A DNA stretch of 39,260 bases from Planctomycetaceae bacterium (lineage in GTDB: Bacteria > Planctomycetota > Planctomycetia > Pirellulales > Thermoguttaceae). The stretch lies in assembly GCA_003561895.1 (NCBI GenBank), contig PWXP01000101.1, positions 1 through 39,260 of the forward strand. Direction: 5' to 3'. Numbering within the stretch: the stretch's first letter is position 1; each line of letters opens with the position of its first letter. Position numbers and translations under genes: made by a program. Under the pieces are notes generated by a model. It did not search any database, was not told the origin of the DNA, and saw nothing but the letters and a program-made list of their open reading frames with translations. Shown in pieces: positions 7,107-15,690 of this stretch.

Positions 7107-8105
7107 ATGTACAGCCGGTGGTTCAACTTGGCGGTGGTCCTGCTCTGGCTGGCCACGATGAGTTGGCTGGTAAAAAGCAAGGTGCTGCCCCCCCTGCTGG
7201 TAGGTGAGCCGCCGAGTTACCAGACCATTCTCGATGGCCGGCGGCGCGAGCCGCCAATCGGGTGGCGCCTGGCGATCAACGAACGCCCGGTCGGCTGGGC
7301 CTTAACCACCATCGAGCCGCAGTCGGACGGGCTCATCGAAATCGGCAGCCACGTGCAGTTCGACGAGTTGCCCTTGGACGAATTGACCCCCGCCTGGCTC
7401 CGTTCCCTGTGGCGTTGGGTAGACGAGCCGTTGCTGCGGCAAGCGATGGACGTCCGCAGCGCGCTGCTGCTCGACCCGCTGGGCCGGCTCACGCGGTTCG
7501 AGTCGACTGTCGGCATCGGGCCCGCCAAAGAGTTGATCTCCTTGACCGGGGAGGTGGTCGGCAGTCAGGTCCTGCTATCGGTGCGCTCCGGCGAGTTCCT
7601 GTACCGTTCCGAGGCGCCGTTGCCGGCGCAGGCGTTGGCAGGCGACCTGCTGCAGCCGCAGACCCGACTGCCCGGCCTGCGCCAAGGGCAGGCTTGGACG
7701 GTGCCCGTCTACAGCCCGCTCCGGCCTCCCAACCGCCCCCTGGAGATGTTGTACGCGGAGGTTGAGGGGGACCATTTGGTGGCGTGGGAAGACCGCACCG
7801 AGCGGGTGTGGCTGGTGGTCTACCGGAGCGATCCTGCTGCGAGTCCGGCCGGTCGGCGGGAGACGCGTGGGCGGTTGTGGGTGCGCCGCGACGGAACCGT
7901 ACTGAAGCAGGAGGTGTCGCTGTTTGGTTCCCGGCTCACCTTCTCGCGGGTCCCGGAACACGAGGTGCCCGCCCTGCAGGAGGCCGTTGGGCCGAAGCCC
8001 GCCCGGGCGAGGCGGCCGGCGGCGAGCCGGGTGGAGCATTGGCCGCTCGACTGGCCGGCCCTTCCACGCAACTGGCATTCGTCCTTCGCCGACCAGGACC
8101 GCTGA
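7107..8105 (+). CDS. Hypothetical single-pass membrane protein, first gene of an ABC-exporter operon
   Basis: ATG 7107 gives MYSRWFNLAVVLLWLATMSWLV (a TM helix). The rest looks like a soluble beta-rich domain. Its stop lies 3 nt before the ABC ATPase start. Confidence 0.6.
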   Translation: MYSRWFNLAVVLLWLATMSWLVKSKVLPPLLVGEPPSYQTILDGRRREPPIGWRLAINERPVGWALTTIEPQSDGLIEIGSHVQFDELPLDELTPAWLRSLWRWVDEPLLRQAMDVRSALLLDPLGRLTRFESTVGIGPAKELISLTGEVVGSQVLLSVRSGEFLYRSEAPLPAQALAGDLLQPQTRLPGLRQGQAWTVPVYSPLRPPNRPLEMLYAEVEGDHLVAWEDRTERVWLVVYRSDPAASPAGRRETRGRLWVRRDGTVLKQEVSLFGSRLTFSRVPEHEVPALQEAVGPKPARARRPAASRVEHWPLDWPALPRNWHSSFADQDR

Positions 8106-8108
8106 ACC

Positions 8109-8846
8109 ATGATCCAATTCGCCGACGTCGCCCGCAGTTACGATGGCAAGGTCGCCGTGGACGGCCTGACCCTCGAGGTACGCAGGGGCGAGTTGTTCGC
8201 TTTGCTGGGGCCCAACGGAGCCGGAAAGACGACCACGTTGAAGATGCTCGTCGGCCTGTTGCGGCCCGATTGCGGCGAGTTGCGCATTTGCGGGCGCGAG
8301 GTGGTGGACGATCGTCGCCACGCCGCCCGCTCGATCGGCTACGTGCCCGACGAACCGTTCCTGTACGAGAAGCTGACCGGGCGCGAGTTCCTCGCGTTTG
8401 TGGCCGAGATGCGCGGGCTGGATCGGTCAGCCGCGCGGCGGCGCATCGATCGCGAAACCGCCCGGTTCCGCCTCGCGCCGTTCCTGGACGACCTGACGGA
8501 AACCTACTCGCACGGCATGAAGCAGCGCGTCGTATTCGCTTCCGCCGTGCTGCACGACCCCCCCGTGCTGGTCATCGACGAGCCGATGGTAGGGCTCGAC
8601 CCGTGGAGCGTCCGTATGGTCAAGGATCTGCTGCGCGAGGCCGCTGCGGCGGGCCGAACCGTGTTTATGTCGACCCATACGCTCAGCGTGGCCGAGGAGA
8701 TCGCCGACCGGATTGGTATTTTCCACCGAGGTCGGCTGCATTTTCTGGGTACCGTCGACGAGCTGCGCCAGGTGCGCCGCTCCCACGACGCCTCGCTCGA
8801 AGCCCTGTTCCTGGAACTTACTGAAGAGGAGGCCGGACCGGTATGA
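8109..8846 (+). CDS. ABC transporter ATP-binding protein (ABC-2/exporter type)
   Basis: Walker A GPNGAGKTT, signature YSHGMKQRV, Walker B VLVIDEP, H-loop STHTL. Confidence 0.92.
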   Translation: MIQFADVARSYDGKVAVDGLTLEVRRGELFALLGPNGAGKTTTLKMLVGLLRPDCGELRICGREVVDDRRHAARSIGYVPDEPFLYEKLTGREFLAFVAEMRGLDRSAARRRIDRETARFRLAPFLDDLTETYSHGMKQRVVFASAVLHDPPVLVIDEPMVGLDPWSVRMVKDLLREAAAAGRTVFMSTHTLSVAEEIADRIGIFHRGRLHFLGTVDELRQVRRSHDASLEALFLELTEEEAGPV

Positions 8847-10672
8847 ATGCCGAGACCGACGCCCGCGCCCTTCCCGCAGGGCGCATCCGCAAGTTCCCCG
8901 CCGGCGGTCTCTGGGCCCCCGCGCCCCATGACTTCCTCCCCCCGGAACGGGAAGCCCGCGCCTTCTGGCGGCTGCGGGCGCGCGCCGCCGCCACCGTCTT
9001 GCGACAAATGTTGCTCCACTGCCGGTTCCGGCTGATCCTGGTGGTCGTGCTCAGCGCGATGCTGTGGGGCGCCCTGTTCTGGCTGGCCCTGGACGGGTTT
9101 CAGTTCATTCGCGCCGGCATCGGGCACGCTCCCACGCACGACCAGGTCATTCGCGCCGTGTTCGGAACGTTCTTCGGCGCGCTGATGGTGATGCTGGTGT
9201 TTTCATCGGGAATTATTCTGTACGGCTCGCTATTCCAGTCGCGCGAAACGGCTTTCCTGCTCTCGCAGCCGGCGCGAACCCAACGCGTCTTCCTCCACAA
9301 ATTCCAGGAGGCCGTCCTGTTGAGTTCCTGGGGGTTCGTCCTGCTGGGCAGCCCCATTCTCTTGGCCTACGGTATTGTGGCCGAGGCGCCGTGGTACTAT
9401 TTCGTGCTGCTGCTGCCGTTCCTCGTGGCGTTCATCTACGTGCCGGCGGCGGGGGGCGCGCTGGTGTGCCTGGCCATCGTGTACTGGATTCCCGCGGCCA
9501 GGCTGAAGGTGCTGCTGCTGGGCGTGGCGGCGCTGCTTGGCCTGGCCGCTTGGACGGCTTGGCAGGTGGTGGCCGGGCCGGAAGGCGACCTGCTCACGCC
9601 GGCCTGGTTCCAGGAAATGCTCTGCCGACTGAGCTTCGCCGAGGGGCGCCTGCTGCCAAGCTGGTGGCTCAGTTCCGGGCTGCTGGAGGCCACCGACGGC
9701 GATTGGTCGCAGAGCGTCCTGTTCCTGGCCCTGATGACCTCCAACGCGTTGATGGGCCGGCACCTCGCGCTGACCGCCGCCGGACATCTGTACCGGCCGG
9801 CCTACAGCGCCTTGCACGGTCAGGGGCAGCGCCGGCGCCGGCGCAAGCCGGGCATGCCCCGGTTCGACGCTCTGCTGCTCGCCCTGCTGGCCCCCATCCC
9901 GCTCCCCATGCGGCTGCTGGCGCTGAAGGACCTGCGCGTCTTTCGCCGCGATCCCGTGCAATGGTCGCAGTTCCTCATCTTCTTCGGCCTGCTGGTGCTG
10001 TACTTCGTGAATATCCGGCGGCTCAGCTACGACATGTATTACGTCGGTTGGGTCAACATGGTCAGCTTCCTCAATCTGGCCGTGGTCGGACTGCTCATGT
10101 CGACGTTCACCACGCGGTTCATCTACCCCATGCTCAGCCTCGAAGCCCGCCGCTACTGGGCCCTCGGCCTCATGCCCATCAGCCGCGACGCCGTGCTGTG
10201 GAGCAAGTTCTTCTTCGCCCTGGGCGGGACTACCATTCCATGTTGCGCGCTGGTGCTGCTGAGCGACACCATGTTGGGCGTCACGCTCCTGGTGATCCTC
10301 TGTCACCAGCTCACGTGTTTGATCCTCTGCGTCGGGCTGGCGGGGATTGCCGTTGGGCTGGGCGCCCGCCTGCCGAACCTGCGGGAGCATTCGCCCTCGC
10401 GCATCGCGGCCGGGTTCGGCGGTACCCTGACGTTGGTCGCGAGCACCTTGTACATCCTGCTCGTGGTCCTCCTAACCGCCGTCCCCATGCACTTCTACCT
10501 GGCCACCCACGCCAGCCGCGTCATGGAGACGCTGCGCGGCAGCGTCGGGTTCGACATCTGGCTGCTCTGGTGGCTGGGCGCCGGCACGCTGGGCAGCCTC
10601 GCGCTGGGCGCGGCGGCCACGGCCATCCCGCTGGCCATCGGCATTCGGGCTTTCCGGCGGCTCGAGTTCTGA
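8843..10672 (+). CDS. Large polytopic ABC-exporter permease (two multi-TM halves)
   Basis: ATGA start/stop overlap with the ATPase gene. About 12 hydrophobic segments fall in two blocks separated by a basic loop (GQGQRRRRRKPG). Confidence 0.8.
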   Translation: MNAETDARALPAGRIRKFPAGGLWAPAPHDFLPPEREARAFWRLRARAAATVLRQMLLHCRFRLILVVVLSAMLWGALFWLALDGFQFIRAGIGHAPTHDQVIRAVFGTFFGALMVMLVFSSGIILYGSLFQSRETAFLLSQPARTQRVFLHKFQEAVLLSSWGFVLLGSPILLAYGIVAEAPWYYFVLLLPFLVAFIYVPAAGGALVCLAIVYWIPAARLKVLLLGVAALLGLAAWTAWQVVAGPEGDLLTPAWFQEMLCRLSFAEGRLLPSWWLSSGLLEATDGDWSQSVLFLALMTSNALMGRHLALTAAGHLYRPAYSALHGQGQRRRRRKPGMPRFDALLLALLAPIPLPMRLLALKDLRVFRRDPVQWSQFLIFFGLLVLYFVNIRRLSYDMYYVGWVNMVSFLNLAVVGLLMSTFTTRFIYPMLSLEARRYWALGLMPISRDAVLWSKFFFALGGTTIPCCALVLLSDTMLGVTLLVILCHQLTCLILCVGLAGIAVGLGARLPNLREHSPSRIAAGFGGTLTLVASTLYILLVVLLTAVPMHFYLATHASRVMETLRGSVGFDIWLLWWLGAGTLGSLALGAAATAIPLAIGIRAFRRLEF

Positions 10673-10727
10673 ACGGGTCCCAACGAGCCCAACCGGTGGG
10701 CGCCGCCACGCGCGGGCTGCGCACCGA

Positions 10728-11048
10728 TCAGAACTCAATCGGGTTGTCCGCGCCGGGCACGGTAGGTACGAAGAATACTTTGCCATCGCCCATGCGGCCC
10801 GTTCGCGCGGCCTCGACCATGGTGCGCGCCACCTCGTCGGCCCGGGCTTCGTCGACCCAGACGGTAAGTTCGATTTTCGGCAGGAAGGCCAGCGAGTATT
10901 CGCTGTCGCGATATTCGTCCAGGTAGCTCTTCTGGCGGCCAAACCCTTTCACTTCGCGCACCGAGCAGGCCTCCAAAGGGGCGTTCTTCATGGCATCGAG
11001 CACCCGCTCGGCAAGAAACGGTCTCACAATGGCAATAAGCTGCTTCAT
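10728..11048 (-). CDS. P-II family nitrogen-regulatory-like protein (106 aa)
   Basis: MKQLIAIVRP..., T-loop GFGRQKSYLDEYRDSEY, B-loop TGRMGDGKVFF. The start is the internal ATG of track ORF 10728..11183. Confidence 0.85.
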   Translation of the reverse strand: MKQLIAIVRPFLAERVLDAMKNAPLEACSVREVKGFGRQKSYLDEYRDSEYSLAFLPKIELTVWVDEARADEVARTMVEAARTGRMGDGKVFFVPTVPGADNPIEF

Positions 11049-11157
11049 GGTGCCAGCCAGTATACCCGACCGGCCGCCGCCGGGGCACCCGGGATGGGCC
11101 GCCGGGCGCGGAAGTGCTATCATGCGCCTCGTAGGCGCCATGAGCGTCGTAGGCGTC

Positions 11158-11214
11158 GTAGGATGGACATTCCTGTCCCTCAACCTGGCAGACGGACAGG
11201 AAGGTCCATCCTAC
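11158..11214. repeat. Long imperfect palindrome (21-bp arms, one mismatch, 15-nt loop)
   Basis: GTAGGATGGACATTCCTGTCC (11158-11178) pairs with GGACAGGAAGGTCCATCCTAC (11194-11214). It lies in the divergent P-II/cdsA intergenic region. Confidence 0.85.
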
Positions 11215-11278
11215 CGGTAAATCGTTATCTGCCGCTTGCCGAGTTGCCCCCGTACCCGACGTTTTTCGACTCGATCCG

Positions 11279-12163
11279 ATGCTCCGCTGGCGACTATTGA
11301 TCGGAACGCTGCTGATCGCCGTCCTCGCGGTCCTTTGCTGGCTCGACCACGAGGCCGCCATGCCGGGCCTTTGGCTGTTCCCGGTTGCATTGGTGTGTAC
11401 GGTCGCCGCCACCGGCGAGGTGCTGTACCTGGCCAACGCGGCGGGCGTCGAACCGTTGTCCTGGACCGTGTACGCCGGCAACGTGCTGCTGTTGGCAAGC
11501 AGTTGGGTCCCGCACACGTGGAAGACGGTGACCGGGGCGATGCCCGGCGCGGCGGCCGGCACGTGGCCCTTGCCGGCCCTGGCGCTGTGCGTGCTGCTGG
11601 TCTTCCTGGGCGAGATGTACCGTTTCCAGAAGCCGGGCAGAGCCACGGTCAATGTGGGTGTGGCAATTCTGGCCCTGGGGTACGTGGGGCTGCTGCTCAG
11701 CCTGCTCGTGCAGCTTCGCATCCAGTGGGGCATTGGGGCTCTCGTGTCGCTGCTGTTGGTGGTCAAGCTGGGCGACGTGGGGGCGTACACCGTGGGCCGG
11801 ATCCTGGGCCGACACAAGATCGCGCCCGCCCTGAGCCCCGGTAAAACCTTCGAAGGCGCGGCCGGGGCACTGATCTTCTCCTGCGCCGCCTCCTGGGCAG
11901 CGTTCGCATGGGTCATCCCGTGGGCCTCTCCGGAAGCCGCAAGCCCCGGTCCCCGGTGGGGCTGGCTGGTCTTCGGACTGCTCGTCGGAACCGCCGGCAT
12001 GGTGGGCGATCTGGCCGAGTCGCTCCTGAAACGCGACGCCGGCAAGAAAGATTCCAGCCGTTGGCTGCCGGGCTTCGGAGGCGTGCTCGACATCCTCGAC
12101 TCCGTCCTGCTGGCCGCGCCCGTCGCTTGGTTCTGCTGGGCGCTGGGCATTGTGGGGCGGTAG
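11279..12163 (+). CDS. cdsA: Phosphatidate cytidylyltransferase (CDP-diglyceride synthase)
   Basis: Polytopic membrane protein with PGKTFEGAAGA and the C-terminal signature SLLKRDAGKKDSSRWLPGFGGVLDILDS. Confidence 0.88.
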   Translation: MLRWRLLIGTLLIAVLAVLCWLDHEAAMPGLWLFPVALVCTVAATGEVLYLANAAGVEPLSWTVYAGNVLLLASSWVPHTWKTVTGAMPGAAAGTWPLPALALCVLLVFLGEMYRFQKPGRATVNVGVAILALGYVGLLLSLLVQLRIQWGIGALVSLLLVVKLGDVGAYTVGRILGRHKIAPALSPGKTFEGAAGALIFSCAASWAAFAWVIPWASPEAASPGPRWGWLVFGLLVGTAGMVGDLAESLLKRDAGKKDSSRWLPGFGGVLDILDSVLLAAPVAWFCWALGIVGR

Positions 12164-12266
12164 CCGAAACGCCCTCGGCGGCGACGTCGAAGGAGCGGTG
12201 GGCGCCGTTTCGCAGGGCATGGGAGCCCCGCATGCTTACCGGAAGGGAGCCGCTCGGGTTCCGGTC

Positions 12267-12899
12267 TTACAGCGCCTCGTGCAAGCGCGCGGCGAACAGC
12301 CGGACGAGTTCCCGGGCCACCGCCGCCTTGCTGCCGGCCCATGCGGCCACGACCTTGCCCGTCTTGTCGAGCACCTCTACCGACGTGTCGGCGGCATGGA
12401 TGGCCGCCGGCCCGTTAACAACGATCAGATCGCAGCTCTTGCGTTCGAGCTTTTGCATCGCCCGCAGGTGCACGTCCTCGGTTTCGAGCGCGAAGCCGAC
12501 CATCCACTGGTGCCGGCGAACGGCAGCGAGCAAGGCGACGACGTCGGGCGTTTCGACCAGGTGCAAGAGCAGCGGTTCGCCGGTCTTGCGGATCTTCCGG
12601 TCGGCGATTTTCACGGGGCGGTAGTCGCTCGGGGCGGCAGCGGCGATCAGCCCGTCGCACATGGGAAACACCGCCAGGCACGCTTCCACCATGTCCTCGG
12701 TGGACACCACCGGGATGACCTCCGCGCCGGCCGGGTAGGCCACGTCGACCGGGCCGGTGACGACCACCGCCTGGTGCCCGGCCGCCAGCACCGCCTCGGC
12801 CAGCGCCGCCCCCATCCGGCCGCTCGAGGCGTTCGTCAGGAACCGCACCGGGTCGAGGTACTGCCGCGTGGGACCGGAGGTGATGAGGATGCGGGCCAT
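12267..12899 (-). CDS. coaB: Phosphopantothenate-cysteine ligase (CoaB domain as a separate ORF)
   Basis: RILITSGPTRQYLDPVRFLTNASSGRMGAALAEA is the typical CoaB N-terminus. Confidence 0.88.
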   Translation of the reverse strand: MARILITSGPTRQYLDPVRFLTNASSGRMGAALAEAVLAAGHQAVVVTGPVDVAYPAGAEVIPVVSTEDMVEACLAVFPMCDGLIAAAAPSDYRPVKIADRKIRKTGEPLLLHLVETPDVVALLAAVRRHQWMVGFALETEDVHLRAMQKLERKSCDLIVVNGPAAIHAADTSVEVLDKTGKVVAAWAGSKAAVARELVRLFAARLHEAL

Positions 12900-12914
12900 G
12901 GCCTGGGGCGGGCG

Positions 12915-13445
12915 TTACGCCAGCGCGCTTGCAATCGCTTGAAAGATCGCCTCGGGCTCGGCCATGCGGCCGGCGCCCGTCTCGCCGCAACTGAGGTATC
13001 CTTCACCGGGCTCAATGAGGAACGCGCCGTCAGCCCTCAATTGCGCAACATTCCGCCGGACGGTCGGCTTCTGCCACATCTGCGCGTTCATGGCAGGGGC
13101 GAACAACGTCGGGCCGTCGAAGGAGAGCAGGACGGTGGAAAGCAGGTCGTCGGCCAGTCCCACGGCGGCCTTCGCCAAAATATTGGCCGTCGCCGGGGCC
13201 ACGCACAGCAGTTCGGCCGGGCGGGCCAGCTCGATGTGCGGGTGGGCGCCCCGGCCGAAGGTGCGCGCGGCCACCGGCCGGCCGGTCAGCGCCTCGAAGG
13301 TCTTGGGGCCGACCAGCCGGGTGGCAGAGCGGGTCATGACGACCGTCACGCCGGCACCGGCCTGGACCAGCCGGCTTACCAGCACCGCCGTCTTGTAGGC
13401 GGCAATGCCGCCGCTGACGCCGATCAGCAGTTCGCGGTCCTTCAT
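12915..13445 (-). CDS. coaC: Phosphopantothenoylcysteine decarboxylase flavoprotein (CoaC domain as a separate ORF)
   Basis: LLIGVSGGIAAYKTAVLVSRL, APAMNAQMW, CGETGAGRMAEP. Confidence 0.9.
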   Translation of the reverse strand: MKDRELLIGVSGGIAAYKTAVLVSRLVQAGAGVTVVMTRSATRLVGPKTFEALTGRPVAARTFGRGAHPHIELARPAELLCVAPATANILAKAAVGLADDLLSTVLLSFDGPTLFAPAMNAQMWQKPTVRRNVAQLRADGAFLIEPGEGYLSCGETGAGRMAEPEAIFQAIASALA

Positions 13446-13452
13446 CGTGACC

Positions 13453-13713
13453 TTACAGCGTGCGGAAGTCGAGTTCCGGCGGCCCGCCCTCTTCGGCGCC
13501 GGCGACGGTTTGCAGGTTCAGTTCCGTGTCGAGGAAGACCTTGTCGTGCAGGATCTCCTGGATGACGATTTCCAGCCGATCCTTCGTATCGAGCCGCACC
13601 AGGGGCCGCGCTCCGGCATTCAGCGCCACCAGCCGTTTCTGAATGAGCGTGGAAAGTTTGAACCTTCCACCCACCTTGCTGACAATCGCCTCTTCCTTCA
13701 GTTCATCGAGCAT
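13453..13713 (-). CDS. rpoZ: DNA-directed RNA polymerase subunit omega
   Basis: Small protein with [23 protein letters not shown]. It sits in the conserved gmk-rpoZ-coaBC position. Confidence 0.8.
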   Translation of the reverse strand: MLDELKEEAIVSKVGGRFKLSTLIQKRLVALNAGARPLVRLDTKDRLEIVIQEILHDKVFLDTELNLQTVAGAEEGGPPELDFRTL

Positions 13714-14305
13714 ACGTGTGCTTCTCCGCTTCTTGGTTTAGGATGTGGCATATTTGGTCGACCGCGTGATCGACGCGGTCGTTGGTGATCTGAAACCGGT
13801 ATCGGTCAGCCAGGGCGATTTCGTCGCGTGCGCAGGCCAGCCGGCGGCGGACGGCGTCTTCGTCCTCGGTAGCCCGCCCTCGCAAGCGGCGTTCCAGCTC
13901 CTTGGCCGACCCCGGCTGGATGAAAAAGGTCAAGGCGTCCGGGTGCCGTTCCATCACGGCCAGCGCCCCCTGCACATCGATTTCCAGGACCGGCCACTTG
14001 CCCGCCGCCAGGGCGGCGTCCACCTCGCTCTTGAGCGTGCCGTACCAGTGCCCGCCGTCGAACACCCGGAAACACTCGAGGAACTCGCCGCGGCGCCGGC
14101 GGGTGTGGAACTGCTGTTCGCTGAGGAAGTGGTAGTCGACCCCGTCGCGCTCTGCCGGCCGCGGCGGCCGCGTGGTGGCCGAGATGCTCAGCACCAGCGG
14201 CAGCCGGCATTGCTGGAGCACCCCGCGCACCACGGTCGTCTTTCCCGCACCCGAAGGCCCGGAAAACACCACCAGTTTTCCCGATTCGACTTGCGGCTGG
14301 GTCAT
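13703..14305 (-). CDS. gmk: Guanylate kinase
   Basis: P-loop [29 protein letters not shown]. The start is internal ATG 14305, forming an ATGA overlap with the yicC stop. The upstream part of track ORF 13703..14938 is Arg/Gly-rich shadow. Confidence 0.92.
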   Translation of the reverse strand: MTQPQVESGKLVVFSGPSGAGKTTVVRGVLQQCRLPLVLSISATTRPPRPAERDGVDYHFLSEQQFHTRRRRGEFLECFRVFDGGHWYGTLKSEVDAALAAGKWPVLEIDVQGALAVMERHPDALTFFIQPGSAKELERRLRGRATEDEDAVRRRLACARDEIALADRYRFQITNDRVDHAVDQICHILNQEAEKHTYAR

Positions 14306-15228
14306 TCCACATTCTGGAGCATCTCGCGGATTCGCTCCACCGCGCTCTTGATTTCGATGACCTGCTGGGCGATCTCCACGTCGTTGGCCTTCGAGCCGAT
14401 CGTATTGGCCTCCCGCAGCATCTCCTGCGAAACAAATTCCAGCTTGCGTCCGGCGCTTTCCGGGCCGGCCAGGATCGCCTCGAACTGCTCCTGGTGGCTC
14501 CGGAGGCGGATGATCTCCTCGGAAATGTCGGCGCGTTCGGCAAACAGCGCCACCTCGCGCACCACGGCGGCCGGATCGAGCACCACGGCGGCCGGATCGA
14601 GCACCACGGCGGCCGGATCGAGCACCACGTCCAACTCGGCAAGGCTTCTTTGGAGCCGCTCGGTCAGCCGCGCCGCATAATCCTGGGCAACCAGGGAGGC
14701 CCGCGCCTCGATCTTGGCAAGGCTCTCCGCCACCTGGCGGCAGTTGGCCGCGAGGTCGGCGGCCATGGCCCGGCCTTCGTCGCGGCGCATCTGCTCGAGG
14801 CTGTCGATGGCCGCGGCCAGCGCCTCCTCGATGATCGGCCAATCGTGCTCCAGCGGAATGGCGTCCGGTGGCTGCTCCTGGACCACGCCGGGCAGCGACA
14901 GCAACACGGCCAGGGTGACCGTCTCGGCCGCTCCCCACTCGCGCTCCAGCGCGCCGAGCTGTCGACGGTAGTGCCCGAGCACCTGCTCGTTGATCCGAAA
15001 ATCGTCGGCGCGGGGCGGACGATCGATCCGCAGGTTCACCTGCACCGTCCCCCGGCGGATCCGCCCACGCACCGCCTGCTCGACCCGGGGCTCCAGGGCG
15101 TTGTATCCCTCACTGCTGCGCACGCTGAGCTTAAAGAACCGGCTGTTGACCGTCCGCACTTCGGCACCGACGGCCACGCAGGCCTTCTGCCGACGGGCCT
15201 CGCCGAAACCAGTCATACTGAGCAGCAT
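14302..15228 (-). CDS. yicC: YicC-family stress-induced protein
   Basis: N-terminus MLLSMTGFGEARR. C-terminal DUF1732-like block ISEEIIRLRSHQEQF...KLEFVSQEMLREANTIGSKA. I prefer ATG 15228 (GGAG 10 nt upstream) over 15237. Confidence 0.85.
   Translation of the reverse strand: MLLSMTGFGEARRQKACVAVGAEVRTVNSRFFKLSVRSSEGYNALEPRVEQAVRGRIRRGTVQVNLRIDRPPRADDFRINEQVLGHYRRQLGALEREWGAAETVTLAVLLSLPGVVQEQPPDAIPLEHDWPIIEEALAAAIDSLEQMRRDEGRAMAADLAANCRQVAESLAKIEARASLVAQDYAARLTERLQRSLAELDVVLDPAAVVLDPAAVVLDPAAVVREVALFAERADISEEIIRLRSHQEQFEAILAGPESAGRKLEFVSQEMLREANTIGSKANDVEIAQQVIEIKSAVERIREMLQNVE
14560..14629. repeat. 21-bp tandem repeat, about 3.3 copies, in frame inside yicC
   Basis: CACCACGGCGGCCGGATCGAG occurs at 14560, 14581 and 14602, plus a partial copy. 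It encodes (VLDPAAV)x3. Confidence 0.95.
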
Positions 15229-15286
15229 TGGGGGCATGCTCCGGGGTGGTGCGGGAAAATGCCAAAAACGCCCTTGCCGATGGGGG

Positions 15287-15670
15287 CTAGGGTTGAGGGT
15301 CCGTACCGCGGCCTTCGTCAGCCGGTGCCGGGCCGACCGGTTCCTCGGGGTCGTCGAACTCCCAATCGTCGTTGGGCAACGGCTCGTCGTTGGTGACCGG
15401 CGGTGGGGTCAACGGGCCGGTCGGCTGGAGCCGGTCTTCCGCCCTGCTGAGCACCGCGACGGTAATCAGGCACAGCACGATCCAGAAGGTCGAGACGCCG
15501 ATGGTCACTTTCGTGAACACGTCGCCGGCCTTGGTTCCAAAGGCGCTCTGGCCACCCATTCCTCCGAACGCGCCGGACAGCCCCCCTCCCTTCCCGCGCT
15601 GCACGAGCACGAGCAGGATCAAGAAAAGGGCGGTCAGCACCAGCATAATCATCAAAATTGTCGGCCACAT
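15287..15670 (-). CDS. secG: Preprotein translocase subunit SecG with a long acidic/Pro-rich tail
   Basis: TM1, then LVQRGKGGGLSGAFGG, then TM2. It sits in the conserved position downstream of tpiA. Confidence 0.85.
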   Translation of the reverse strand: MWPTILMIMLVLTALFLILLVLVQRGKGGGLSGAFGGMGGQSAFGTKAGDVFTKVTIGVSTFWIVLCLITVAVLSRAEDRLQPTGPLTPPPVTNDEPLPNDDWEFDDPEEPVGPAPADEGRGTDPQP

Positions 15671-15690
15671 GATTTTCTTTTACCTTAATG

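Noticed and set aside
9064-10926. 620-aa plus-strand ORF in an alternative frame of the ABC permease, running into the P-II gene
   Set aside because: Arg/Pro/Gly/Ala-rich out-of-frame shadow. The permease frame gives coherent TM helices and an ATGA coupling to the ATPase gene.
10735-12342. 535-aa minus-strand ORF across the P-II/cdsA region
   Set aside because: It runs antisense to cdsA and out of frame with the P-II gene, across a palindromic intergenic region. The composition is low-complexity Arg/Pro/Ser.
12150-13565. 471-aa plus-strand ORF antisense to coaB/coaC/rpoZ
   Set aside because: The three minus-strand genes carry clear family motifs and a conserved gene order. The antisense frame is Gly/Arg/His/Asp-rich shadow.
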